From NCBI GenBank assembly GCA_964510165.1, contig CAZEBC010000010.1:1-40018 (forward strand): a DNA stretch of 40,018 bases, given 5' to 3'. Positions 1 through 9,327 of the stretch are shown piece by piece; the stretch's first letter is position 1; every line of letters starts with the position of its first letter. This stretch comes from an uncultured bacterium. Lineage in GTDB: Bacteria; Abyssobacteria; SURF-5. The position numbers and the translations under genes are program-made. The notes under the pieces were generated by a model, which saw nothing but the letters and a program-made list of their open reading frames with translations, had not been told where the DNA came from and made no database searches.

Positions 1-1122
1 AGGAAACTTGCCGTCTTCGCCGCTCTCATGATCCTGACTGCGAACCACCTCGGATGCGGCGGGGCTCGCGCGGGAGAGGCGGCATTCGAGACCGCGCGCA
101 TTACTCGCGGCGACATCGAGCACCGCGTCATCGCCACCGGACGGATCGAGCCGTTTTCGAAGGTCGAACTCCGCTCGAAGGCCAATGGAATCGTCAGGAC
201 CATCACCGTCGATGAAGGCGACCGCGTGACCAAGGATCAGGTCGTCATCGAACTGGACCGCGATATCCTCGCCTCGAGGTTGAACCAGGCGCGGGCGGCG
301 CTCGAGAAGGCACAGGCCCGATACGAACAGGCGCAGATCGAGGCTTCCACCGTCGAATTGGAAGCCGCCCGCAAGAAATACGAACGAATCCGGAAACTTT
401 ATGATCAGGGTCTGGCCCCCGAACAGCGGATCGAGGACGCCGAAACCGCCGTGGAAACGGCCAGGCAGAATTACGCCGCGAGAGGGGCCGCCGTCACCAT
501 GGCGAAAGCGGAACTTTCGGCGGCAAAGGCGGCAGTCGAGATGGCCGAAAACGAGCTCAATTATGCGACGATCGTCTCTCCCGTGGACGGGATAGTCCTG
601 CGCCGCGACGTGGATGTCGGCTCGGCGGTCGCGTCGGTCGCCTCCACGATGGGTACGCTCCTCATGACTCTCGGCGACACCCGAGAGATGCACATGGTCG
701 GCGACGTGGATGAAAGCGACATCGGATTGGTGCGCGAGGGCATGCCGGCCCGCATCTCGGTGGAATCGTACCCCGACAGAAAATTCAAGGGAATCGTGAG
801 GAAGCTCTCTCCCATTGGGTTTGAAAAGGACAGGATCATGAACTTCGAGGTTGAGATAACGATCGAGGACGCCGATGTTCCGCTCAGAACGAACATGACC
901 GCCGACGCCGAGATCATAGTCGAAGAGCACAAGAACGCGCTACTCGTCGCCCAAAACGCGATCCGTTATGAACGCAAGCAGAGCTTCGTGGAGGTTCCCG
1001 ACCCGCAGCAGACCGCCGGCAAGAGGCGCGTTGACGTCACTTTGGGAATCAGCGGAACGGACTTCGCGGAGGTCCTGTCGGGCCTTCAGGAAGACGACGA
1101 AGTCATTCTCTCTCACAAATGA
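1..1122 (+). CDS. Efflux periplasmic adaptor subunit (MacA/HlyD-like), 5'-truncated, probable lipoprotein
   Basis: Frame is open from base 1 (RKLAVFAALMILTANHLGCGG, lipobox-like LGC), so the start lies upstream of the window. Lipoyl half-motifs (SKANGIV..VDEGDRV; IVSPVDGIV), coiled coil, VDESDIG and C-terminal GLQEDDEVI are typical of MFP adaptors. Confidence 0.9.
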   Translation, partial: RKLAVFAALMILTANHLGCGGARAGEAAFETARITRGDIEHRVIATGRIEPFSKVELRSKANGIVRTITVDEGDRVTKDQVVIELDRDILASRLNQARAALEKAQARYEQAQIEASTVELEAARKKYERIRKLYDQGLAPEQRIEDAETAVETARQNYAARGAAVTMAKAELSAAKAAVEMAENELNYATIVSPVDGIVLRRDVDVGSAVASVASTMGTLLMTLGDTREMHMVGDVDESDIGLVREGMPARISVESYPDRKFKGIVRKLSPIGFEKDRIMNFEVEITIEDADVPLRTNMTADAEIIVEEHKNALLVAQNAIRYERKQSFVEVPDPQQTAGKRRVDVTLGISGTDFAEVLSGLQEDDEVILSHK

Positions 1123-1130
1123 CCGCGAGC

Positions 1131-1173
1131 CCCTCACCCTGCCCTCTCCCAGAGGGAGAGGGTTGGGAGAGGG
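1131..1173. repeat. Palindromic repeat family A, copy 1 (CCCTCACCCnnCCCTCTCCC-N3-GGGAGAGGG..)
   Basis: CCCTCACCCTGCCCTCTCCC aga GGGAGAGGGTTGGGAGAGGG. Near-identical copies at 23898 and 39416. Confidence 0.85.
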
Positions 1174-1212
1174 AAAAAATAGGACGGATATTCAAGGAAT
1201 CCATCGTCAACA

Positions 1213-1923
1213 GTGCAGGGTACCCGATACGCATTGCAGCAAAGCCTGATTTCTCTCACGAACATAACCAAGGTGTACAACTCCTCCGAGGTGCAGGTGC
1301 ACGCATTGCGAGGAGTGTCGCTCAGCATTGAGAAGGGCGAGTTTGTTTCCATCATCGGGCCTTCGGGCTCCGGCAAAACGACGTTGATGGATATCCTGGG
1401 CTGTCTCTCGCGGCCCACCTCCGGAGAGTATCTCTTTGACGGCGGAAACATAACCGATTCGAACGACGACGCGCTCGCTGAACTCAGAAACAAGAAGATC
1501 GGCTTCGTCTTCCAAACCTTTAACCTCCTTCCGCGCCTGACCGCCCTGCAAAACGTGGAGCTGCCGCTCGTGTACGCGGGAGTCCCTGCCCGCGAGCGAA
1601 CCCGGCGCGCCAGCGAGGTGCTCACATCCGTCGGCCTGGCCGACCGCATGCATCATAGGCCAAACGCACTCTCGGGCGGCCAGATGCAGCGGGTGGCGAT
1701 AGCAAGGGCTCTCGTCAATTGCCCGTTTCTCATTCTGGCGGATGAGCCTACCGGCAACCTCGACAGCGCGTCCGAGGCCGACATCGTCGCCCTTTTCAAA
1801 GAACTGCATCGCCAGGGAAATACCCTGATAATCGTCACGCATGAAGAATCCATTGCCGAACAGGCGGAACGAATAATCGCCCTCCGGGACGGCAAAGTTA
1901 TCTCCGATACCACGACCAGATGA
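1213..1923 (+). CDS. ABC transporter ATP-binding protein (LolD/MacB-N type)
   Basis: Walker A GPSGSGKT, Q-loop FVFQTFNLL, signature LSGGQ, Walker B ILADEPTGNLD, H-loop VTHE. Start uncertain (GTG 1213 or TTG 1234). Confidence 0.93.
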   Translation: MQGTRYALQQSLISLTNITKVYNSSEVQVHALRGVSLSIEKGEFVSIIGPSGSGKTTLMDILGCLSRPTSGEYLFDGGNITDSNDDALAELRNKKIGFVFQTFNLLPRLTALQNVELPLVYAGVPARERTRRASEVLTSVGLADRMHHRPNALSGGQMQRVAIARALVNCPFLILADEPTGNLDSASEADIVALFKELHRQGNTLIIVTHEESIAEQAERIIALRDGKVISDTTTR

Positions 1924-1930
1924 CCCCGAA

Positions 1931-3169
1931 ATGATTCTGCAGAACATTATCAGCCAGTCGCTGCAAAGTCTCGGTTCGAATCGCCTGCGGTCCGCTCTCA
2001 CCATGCTCGGTGTTATCTGGGGCACGGCGTCGGTGGTCTTTCTTCTGGGATGGGGGCGCGGTTTTGTGGAGGTCATGCGAACCGAGTCCCGGATGGTCGG
2101 CGACGGTTTCGTCCTGATCTACCCGAAACGGGCTCGGTCCGAAATCAGTGGCCGCAAGGGAGCGCGCTGGTTGGCCTTTGAAATGAAACACGTTGACGCC
2201 GTTCTGGCGCACTGTCCGTCCGTTCGATATGCGACTCCTGTCAATGGCTATTATGGGCTCATCATGAAAGCCGGAAACAACCTGAAATCGGGCAACCTGC
2301 TCGGAGTCAATTGCGATGCGCCGTATATCTTCAATCTCGGCGTTGAGCGCGGCAGGTTCCTGCATCCCGAAGACCTCAAGCAGCGGAGTCGCGTCATTGT
2401 CCTTGGGGCCGACCTTGCCGACGCTCTCTTTCCGCCTGGTTCCGCAGTGCTCGGAAGCCGTGTCAAGGCTCGCGGCGTGAGCTATAAGGTCATCGGAGTG
2501 CTTGAGAAGAAGGGAGACATACTCATTGACTGGGGCGGGCGGGATGACGAAAAGGCCTATATTCCCATCACTACTTGGACAGACATCGTCGGCTGGAGAT
2601 ATGTCGGCGAGATTGTGGTTCACCCTCGTGACGCCTCGCAGAGCAAGGCTTGTATCGAGGAGGTCAGGTCTGTCCTTGCCAGGGAACTCGATTTCTCGCC
2701 GGACGACACCGAGGCTCTTGAGATTATTGACATCAGCAGTATCCTGGTCTCGATGGACACCATGGCGCTGATCGCGGCGGTGTTTGTCACGACTATCGGA
2801 GTGATCACGCTGTTTGTCGGCGGAGTCGGCGTCATGAACATCATGTTGATAGGCGTAACCGAACGCACGCGCGAGATCGGCATCCGAAAAGCTATCGGCG
2901 CGAAGCGCCGCCATATCCTCGCGCAGTTCCTGGCCGAAGCCATGACGATCACCGTACTGAGCGGGCTTATCGGAATTGCGGTTGGATGCGCGGTCAGCAT
3001 GGCGTTCGCGGCCGTGCCCAAGCCCAAATTGCTGGCCGCGCCCGAGATCTCGCCGATTACTTTGGCCGGCAGCTTTCTCGTGATGGTTCTGACGGGGCTG
3101 CTGGCAGGCGTCATGCCGGCGCGCAGGGCCGCCAACATGGAACCGGTCGAGTCGCTCCGATACGAGTGA
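1931..3169 (+). CDS. ABC transporter permease (MacB/FtsX-like) 1
   Basis: N-terminal RSALTMLGVIWG, large periplasmic loop, GGVGVMNIMLIGVTERTREIGIRKAIGA, and C-terminal PARRAANMEPVESLRYE. Confidence 0.93.
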   Translation: MILQNIISQSLQSLGSNRLRSALTMLGVIWGTASVVFLLGWGRGFVEVMRTESRMVGDGFVLIYPKRARSEISGRKGARWLAFEMKHVDAVLAHCPSVRYATPVNGYYGLIMKAGNNLKSGNLLGVNCDAPYIFNLGVERGRFLHPEDLKQRSRVIVLGADLADALFPPGSAVLGSRVKARGVSYKVIGVLEKKGDILIDWGGRDDEKAYIPITTWTDIVGWRYVGEIVVHPRDASQSKACIEEVRSVLARELDFSPDDTEALEIIDISSILVSMDTMALIAAVFVTTIGVITLFVGGVGVMNIMLIGVTERTREIGIRKAIGAKRRHILAQFLAEAMTITVLSGLIGIAVGCAVSMAFAAVPKPKLLAAPEISPITLAGSFLVMVLTGLLAGVMPARRAANMEPVESLRYE

Positions 3170-3181
3170 GGCGTCCTTAAT

Positions 3182-4420
3182 ATGTTCCTGATGGAATCGA
3201 TACTTCAAGCCTGGCACAGCCTGCGAGGTCACAGGCTGCGGGCCGGCCTGACCATGTTCGGCATCATCTGGGGGATAGCCTCGATGATCATCCTCGTGGG
3301 CATGGGAAGGGCTTCCCAGAAACTCTTCTATAGAGAGTTTGAGAAGATCGGCGAGAGGATGTTCTACATATGGGCTGGCAAATCCAGCAGCGGCCTCAGC
3401 GGAATCAAAGGCGGACGACAGATACGTTTTACGATTGATGATGTGGAAGCGCTCAAGCACCATTGTCCCGAAGTAGAATTGGCCTCACCTCAAGTTGGGG
3501 CGGGGTTCAGGGAAATCGAGCGCGGCGCAGACGTGTTGTCGAGCGAAACGAACGGAGTCAGCCCAGACGCTCAGATCATTCGCAACTTGAACGTGGAGCA
3601 AGGCAGGTTCATCGTTCCCGACGACCTCACGCTGACCCGCCGGGTTTGCGTGCTGGGGGCCAGCGTCAAACAGAAATTGTTCGGGGACCGATCCGCCACT
3701 GGCGACTTTATACGCGTGAACGGAATCCGGTTTCAGGTGGTTGGCGTTGTGGAAAAGAAGGGCGACCAACTGAGTCGGCCCAGCAGCCTTGACGACGACC
3801 AGGTGTTGATTCCGTACACGACCGCTCAGGAACTGTTCACCGGGTCCCGCTTTTTCTATCTCATCTACGTTCGGCCACAATCCCTCCTCAACGAAAAGAT
3901 CGCTCGTGATCAGGTCCGGCAAACGCTCGCTGTGAGACACGGTTTCGACGCCGATGACCCCGACGCCCTCGGAGTCTTCGGAACCAGCGATCTCATCGGG
4001 CGAGTGAAAGGGGTCACCATAGGGCTGCAGATATTCCTGGGCGCCGCCAGCATCGTCACCCTTCTCATTGGAGGCGTCGGAGTGATGAATATCATGTTTG
4101 TCTCGATCAACGAGCGGATCAGAGAAATCGGCGTCATCAAGGCCATTGGGGCTCGAAACAAACAGATATTCCTTCAATTCCTGATCGAGTCGCTCTTCGT
4201 CACGTTTTTCGCGGGCTTTATCGGAGTATTCCTTGGATGTTCCATGTGCCTGCTCCTCGGCATGTTCAAACTGCCTCGTTTTGTCGCCGCGCCGGAGATC
4301 GACCCGCTCGTGGTCGCCATCTCTCTTTTTACGATGACTCTCGTGGGTGTGCTTTCCGGCATTTTGCCCGCGCTCAAGGCATCGCGAATGCAGGTCGTCG
4401 AAGCCCTCCGCTCCTATTGA
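3182..4420 (+). CDS. ABC transporter permease (MacB/FtsX-like) 2
   Basis: RAGLTMFGIIWG, GGVGVMNIMFVSINERIREIGVIKAIGA, PALKASRMQVVEALRSY. Paralogue of the upstream permease with the same 412 aa length. Confidence 0.93.
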   Translation: MFLMESILQAWHSLRGHRLRAGLTMFGIIWGIASMIILVGMGRASQKLFYREFEKIGERMFYIWAGKSSSGLSGIKGGRQIRFTIDDVEALKHHCPEVELASPQVGAGFREIERGADVLSSETNGVSPDAQIIRNLNVEQGRFIVPDDLTLTRRVCVLGASVKQKLFGDRSATGDFIRVNGIRFQVVGVVEKKGDQLSRPSSLDDDQVLIPYTTAQELFTGSRFFYLIYVRPQSLLNEKIARDQVRQTLAVRHGFDADDPDALGVFGTSDLIGRVKGVTIGLQIFLGAASIVTLLIGGVGVMNIMFVSINERIREIGVIKAIGARNKQIFLQFLIESLFVTFFAGFIGVFLGCSMCLLLGMFKLPRFVAAPEIDPLVVAISLFTMTLVGVLSGILPALKASRMQVVEALRSY

Positions 4421-4499
4421 CGCCTCGCAGGTTTTTGGGTACCATAATGACGCGTGCCGGCGGGGGCCGGCGAATTCCAGATTAGCGCAAGACCGACCA

Positions 4500-6038
4500 A
4501 TGCATACTCTGTCCCGCATCCGGCCCCGGAGTCAATCGGAAAAGGGTTCCCATTATTCCGATTTTCTTTTCGGAAAGATTGGAGCCTTTCTCGTCATAGC
4601 TTTCGTGCTTCTGTGGCTGTACGGCGACTCGCTCAACCTCTACTTCTTTCTCGATGATTTCCGCACGATGGAGGAGAGCCGGATAGCGTCGGTCTCGGAT
4701 TTCGTCGAGAGCTTCAATCCAGTTCATTACGGGGCCTATCCTGGCGGGCGTGCGCCCATTTACCGGCCGTTGTCAACCTTCATTTATTTCAGCGCCATGC
4801 AGGCGCTGGCGGGCTTCAACCCATTTTATTTTCGCGTGGTGAATCTCGTGCTGCTTGGACTCATCTCACTGATGATATATGAGGTAATCTTGGCTCTGAG
4901 CGAGAATAGGATGACAGCCTTTTCAGGGTCGGTTCTTTATTCGCTCAATGCGGCGCACGCCCTCACTCAGCTTTGGATATCATGCGCTTCGGAACTAATG
5001 TCCACGTTGTTGGCAACAATATCGTTCTATGCCTACCTCCTGTGGACACGAAGAGGAAAGAGCAGATATTACGCCATTTCGTTGTTAGCCTTTGTGCTAG
5101 GCTTGATATCCAAAGAGATGTCGATCGTGGTTCCGGGATTCCTGTTCCTGTTTGAAATCCTTTACGTGAGACCGTTGGAACGCAAAGAACTCCGGCCGCT
5201 CGTCAGGCGGTTGTTTCCCTTCTTCGTTATCGGATGCGCCTATGTCGTTTTCTGGCTCTATTTTCTGGGGTCCACCGCCGGCCCGTACAGGATATCCATT
5301 GGACTCTTCGTCCTTACTAATCTCTTTCGCTACCTGTCTTGGGCCGTTAACACATACCTGGTTGGTCTGCTCGGCGTGTCACCCACGGATTCCCTGGCGC
5401 ATGGCTATGCAGCCAGCGAAAGCCCCTGGTGGCTGATCTCGCTGAAGCTTCTGGTCGTGATATCCGTTCTCCTTTACTTGTCAGTGAAGAACACGTGGCA
5501 GGTCAAGAAGGAAGTGCTCTTCTCCTTGGGATGGTTTGTCATCGGGCTGTTGCCCATTCTTTTTGCGCCCGGCCGACTGCAACATTATTATCTCCTTTTG
5601 CCAAACGTGGGTCTCGCGGTCATGCTCGGTACGTTTGCCACCAAAATGGGCGAGACGCTCGCCTCCAGAGGGAAATTCCTCGCTGCGGTTCTCGGAGCGG
5701 CCTTCATCATGGCCGCGCTCGCTTACTCTACCTCTGCAATCCGCAAGGAAGAGGCCTTGCTCCGGGTAGTCACGGCGCGTATGCGCAACGTCGAATCCCA
5801 GTTGCGCCAGAAGATGCCGAACCCTCCCGATTATTCAGGTTTCGTCTTTTCGGGAGACTATGGTGGAGGATGGTGGAGGGAACTTTCTCTGGCCATGAGG
5901 GTGGTTTACGGCAACCCCACATTGAATGCCACCTCTGCAAAGGACGGCAGCCTGCCGGAGAAGGTCGCTTCATATTCGGGGCCCGTATATCTGGTCCACG
6001 TCCAGGACGGCGTCGTTAACATCACTCAGGTGAAATGA
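4500..6038 (+). CDS. Polytopic membrane protein, GT-C fold glycosyltransferase-like (ArnT/PMT/TMTC-like)
   Basis: About 11-13 hydrophobic segments. Motifs FFLDDF after TM1, YRPL, NLVL, LISKE and HYYLLLP resemble GT-C enzymes. Start placed at ATG 4500 because the 4347 start overlaps the permease. Possible promoter TTGACG(4417)-17-TACCAT(4440). Confidence 0.65.
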   Translation: MHTLSRIRPRSQSEKGSHYSDFLFGKIGAFLVIAFVLLWLYGDSLNLYFFLDDFRTMEESRIASVSDFVESFNPVHYGAYPGGRAPIYRPLSTFIYFSAMQALAGFNPFYFRVVNLVLLGLISLMIYEVILALSENRMTAFSGSVLYSLNAAHALTQLWISCASELMSTLLATISFYAYLLWTRRGKSRYYAISLLAFVLGLISKEMSIVVPGFLFLFEILYVRPLERKELRPLVRRLFPFFVIGCAYVVFWLYFLGSTAGPYRISIGLFVLTNLFRYLSWAVNTYLVGLLGVSPTDSLAHGYAASESPWWLISLKLLVVISVLLYLSVKNTWQVKKEVLFSLGWFVIGLLPILFAPGRLQHYYLLLPNVGLAVMLGTFATKMGETLASRGKFLAAVLGAAFIMAALAYSTSAIRKEEALLRVVTARMRNVESQLRQKMPNPPDYSGFVFSGDYGGGWWRELSLAMRVVYGNPTLNATSAKDGSLPEKVASYSGPVYLVHVQDGVVNITQVK

Positions 6039-6044
6039 GCAATC

Positions 6045-7241
6045 TTACGATGAGCTCAGCCGCGCGATCTCCTCGATAAGCCGGTCCATTTCCTCGCGTG
6101 TATTGAAGAAATTGACGGAGATGCGCAGGTAGGAAGGCGGCGGCGTGAAGCGGGTGATTATGCCTTTCCTCGCCAGCTCTTTGAACAGCTTCTTCGCCGG
6201 CTTCCGCAACGGCTCTATTGCCACCAGCCCGGCGGAGCGTTCCCACGAAGACGGTGTGACCACGCGCACGCCTTCGACGCGGGCCAGTCGCCGCTTCAGA
6301 TAGGCGGTATTCTCTTTGATGGCGGACTCTATATTGTCCATGCCGAACTCCTCGAGGAAATCCAGCGCCTTGATCCATCCGGAGATGAGCGCGGTGTTGT
6401 AATCGGCCATCTCGAACTTCTTGGCCGTCGTGTGGAAGAGGGCTTTGCCCCTGCTATCGTATTTCTTGACGGACTCGTTTCCGGCGAACCCGAGCTTCAG
6501 CCCGCCTATTCGGTCGCGTCTGACATAGAGCGCGCCCGTGGTGTCTGGCCCCAGCATCCACTTATGCCCGGGCAGAGAATAATAGTCGCACCCGATGTCG
6601 TGCAGGTCTAGCGGAATGACGCCGACCGATTGGGCGCCGTCAACAAGGAGTTGCGAGCCGCGTTCGGCCACGAGCGCCGACAACGCTTTAAGCGGCAGAC
6701 GCAGGCCCGTCTTGAAGCTGACGTGGCTCACGACCACGAGCGCGGTCCGCTCATCAATCGAACGCGAAAACTTTCGGAGCGCATCGCCATCGTTATCGAG
6801 GTTGACGATCTCGACCTCCACTCCGAAGCGATTGCGCAGATTATACAGTGGAACCAAGCCCGCGCCGTGCTCGACGCTGGTGGTCACGATCTTCTGGCCG
6901 GGCTTCCAATCCATGCCTGCAAGCACGATGTTGATTGCCTCGGTCGTGCTCCGCGTGAGGGAAATCTCGTCGGGGTCCACCCCCAGAAACTCGGCCAGTC
7001 GCGACCGGAGTTCCTGTATCTTCGCGCTTTGTTCCTTATATATGTGATGCGACACTCCTTCGGATGCGAGCCATTCAAGAACATGCTTTTGCTCCTCGAC
7101 CACGCGAGAAGGCGACGGACCCGACCAGCCGGTGTTGAAGAACGCCTTGGTCCGGGTTACTGCAAGCTCGGCTCGGGCGCGTGCCACGGAGTCGTTGAAA
7201 TGGTTTGATTTTCGAATGTCAGTTCCCCTTGTTGTTTTCAA
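6045..7241 (-). CDS. Class V PLP-dependent aminotransferase (cysteine/cystine lyase C-DES or CefD-like)
   Basis: FFNTGWSGP, STTEAIN, VEH, VDGAQSVG, PGHKW (PLP lysine), LRIS..FFNT. No C-terminal catalytic Cys loop. Start codon uncertain. Confidence 0.85.
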   Translation of the reverse strand: MKTTRGTDIRKSNHFNDSVARARAELAVTRTKAFFNTGWSGPSPSRVVEEQKHVLEWLASEGVSHHIYKEQSAKIQELRSRLAEFLGVDPDEISLTRSTTEAINIVLAGMDWKPGQKIVTTSVEHGAGLVPLYNLRNRFGVEVEIVNLDNDGDALRKFSRSIDERTALVVVSHVSFKTGLRLPLKALSALVAERGSQLLVDGAQSVGVIPLDLHDIGCDYYSLPGHKWMLGPDTTGALYVRRDRIGGLKLGFAGNESVKKYDSRGKALFHTTAKKFEMADYNTALISGWIKALDFLEEFGMDNIESAIKENTAYLKRRLARVEGVRVVTPSSWERSAGLVAIEPLRKPAKKLFKELARKGIITRFTPPPSYLRISVNFFNTREEMDRLIEEIARLSSS

Positions 7242-7260
7242 TCGCAGAAAAATTTCCGAA

Positions 7261-7290
7261 ATTCTAACAGGCGAGCGCTGTCCGCGTCAA
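7261..7290 (-). promoter_or_regulatory. Sigma-70-like promoter for the aminotransferase
   Basis: Minus strand TTGACG-18 nt-TAGAAT with TG extension. Confidence 0.55.
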
Positions 7291-7394
7291 GGGAAGCGCC
7301 GACGAAGGCACGCGGATGAATTCGCATCCAGCGTACACAAGAGTGACTAAAGTGAGCTAGGGTGCCTAAAGTGAGAGTTGGTCGTGGATAGATG

Positions 7395-8465
7395 TCAGGA
7401 GCGTATGATTCCGCCGCCGACTACGGTGTCGCCGTCGTAGAAGACGACAGATTGGCCGGGGGTGATGGCGCGTTGGGGCGTGTCGAATATTACCAGAACC
7501 GTGCCCGGCTCGTGCGGGGCGATGGTGGCCGGAGTTTCTTCGTGTTTGTAGCGGATGCGAGCCTTGACACGCATTGGGTCGGTGAGTTTTCGGATGGAAA
7601 TCCAGTTGACGTGTTCCGCGATGAGAGAGTCGGACCATAGATGCTCGGATGTGCCGACGATGACGGCGTTTCTCTCGAGGTCGAAACCGACGACGTAGAG
7701 CGGCCGCGGGTGCGCGATGCCGAGGCCGCGCCGCTGTCCGACAGTGTAGTTGGCGATGCCTTTGTGAGTCCCGAGCCGCCTGCCGGCGGTGTTGATTATG
7801 GGGCCTTCCTTCAGGCCTTCGGGCGCGGCCTGTTGGAGCAACTTGCGGTAGTCGCCCTCGGGCACGAAGCAGATTTCCTGGCTCTCGGGCTTCTCGGCGG
7901 TGAGGAGTCCGAGTTCGCGAGCGACGCCTCGCACCTCCTTCTTGGTGAGGTCGCCGAGCGGAAAAAGTATGCGCGCAAGCTGGCTCTGGGTGAGGTCGTA
8001 CAGGAAATAGGATTGGTCCTTCAGGATATCGCGCCCCTTGAGGAGGAGCGTGCGTCCGGTGGAGGGGTCCGCCGCGAGGCGGGCATAATGTCCGGTGGCG
8101 ACATGGTCCGCGCCCAGCGCGCGCGCCTTGCGCAGCATGACGCGGAACTTGATGGCAGTGTTGCAAATTACGCAGGGATTAGGCGTCCTGCCTCGGAGGT
8201 ATTCTGCGCAGAACGGGTCTATGACATATTTTCGGAAGGCGGCCTTGACGTTGGAGACGTAATGCGGGATACCCAGCCTGGCACACACGCGGCGCGCGTC
8301 GTCGGCGTCCGAGGCCGAGCAACAGCGGCGAGTGACCTCGTCGCTGAGGCCGGCGTCTTCCCACACCTTCATGGTGATGCCGATGACGCTATGGCCTTGC
8401 CGGACGAGGAGCGCGGCGGCGGTGGAACTGTCAACGCCCCCGCTCATGAGCGCGAGGATTCGCAT
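7395..8465 (-). CDS. mnmA: tRNA 2-thiouridine(34) synthase MnmA
   Basis: SGGVDSS PP-loop, [49 protein letters not shown]. Confidence 0.97.
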   Translation of the reverse strand: MRILALMSGGVDSSTAAALLVRQGHSVIGITMKVWEDAGLSDEVTRRCCSASDADDARRVCARLGIPHYVSNVKAAFRKYVIDPFCAEYLRGRTPNPCVICNTAIKFRVMLRKARALGADHVATGHYARLAADPSTGRTLLLKGRDILKDQSYFLYDLTQSQLARILFPLGDLTKKEVRGVARELGLLTAEKPESQEICFVPEGDYRKLLQQAAPEGLKEGPIINTAGRRLGTHKGIANYTVGQRRGLGIAHPRPLYVVGFDLERNAVIVGTSEHLWSDSLIAEHVNWISIRKLTDPMRVKARIRYKHEETPATIAPHEPGTVLVIFDTPQRAITPGQSVVFYDGDTVVGGGIIRS

Positions 8466-8602
8466 GTGCGGTGAGGCCGCAGGTTTCGGGTCTCGAAAAC
8501 TCCTTCACCCTTCCCTCTGCCACCGGGAGACGGTGAATTTCAAGAAGCCGACACCTGGCGTTGCAGATGACGGCGCGAACCCGAGGCCTTAGTCCGGTCT
8601 TG

Positions 8603-9142
8603 CTATGACGCGCTTGCCTTGGCCGCGGCTGGCGCGGGGACAGGTTCCTGCCCGTCCTCGCCGGGCCTCGACATCTTCTGCACGCGCGGCTTCGCTTCGG
8701 CGGCCTGGCTCATGGTGCAGCGTCCCTCGAAGATGACGCCTTCGGCGACGATGAACTTGGCCGGCGCCGTGGTCACATCACCGTAGAGGCGCCCGGTCGA
8801 GAGCACTTCCACCTTCTCGCGTCCGTGGATGTTGCCGTGGACGGTCCCGCCGACTACAATGTGGTTGGCGACCACATTGGCCTTGACGTTGCCCTTCTCG
8901 CCAATGATGACGGTCGAGTCGGACCGGATATTGCCTTCGACGTTGCCGTCGACGCGGAGGGTGCCTTTGGAGTGAACGTCACCTTTGACCAGCGTGCTCG
9001 GCCCAATGACTGTGTCAACCTTGCTGCTGTCTACCATGTCTTCCGAATCCCTGCCTTTGAAAAACGATGGCCTTTCCTTTTCCTTTTCTTTTTCGACGAC
9101 CACGTCCGATTCCTGCTTTTTCTTGCCAAAGAAACCTTCCAT
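8603..9142 (-). CDS. Bactofilin (polymer-forming cytoskeletal protein)
   Basis: Beta-helix repeats TVIG..TLVKGDV..GTLRVDGNVEGNI..IIGEKGNVKANV..GVIFEGRCTM. ATG 9142 is preceded by SD GGAGAGG. Confidence 0.92.
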   Translation of the reverse strand: MEGFFGKKKQESDVVVEKEKEKERPSFFKGRDSEDMVDSSKVDTVIGPSTLVKGDVHSKGTLRVDGNVEGNIRSDSTVIIGEKGNVKANVVANHIVVGGTVHGNIHGREKVEVLSTGRLYGDVTTAPAKFIVAEGVIFEGRCTMSQAAEAKPRVQKMSRPGEDGQEPVPAPAAAKASAS

Positions 9143-9327
9143 TGAACCTCTCCCACTGATGTTCGGCCCGCGTTGTCGAGATAACGAGCAATTTGATGGC
9201 ACGCCTGTCTCTCTGAGCGACTGAGCGAGCTCGAACGACCGACCCACACCTGCCTTTCTGGTCGGTAGAGACCGCAATTATAGACTCGGGGACGTTCAGG
9301 CGGCCCGGGGAATACCGCCGTGGGTGT

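Noticed and set aside
968..1331. Short ORFs containing PLTLPSPRGRG / PLPEGEGWER
   Set aside because: These are translations of the family A palindrome overlapping real genes.
1898..3463. 521 aa minus-strand ORF, and similar long antisense ORFs at 3485-4519, 11936-13408, 13511-14941, 18509-20167 and 27887-28753
   Set aside because: They lie antisense to genes with clear family motifs and show none themselves. Such shadow ORFs are expected in GC-rich DNA.
6045..7241. Calling the aminotransferase iscS or sufS because it adjoins mnmA
   Set aside because: It lacks the catalytic Cys loop (SSGSAC or RxGHHCA).
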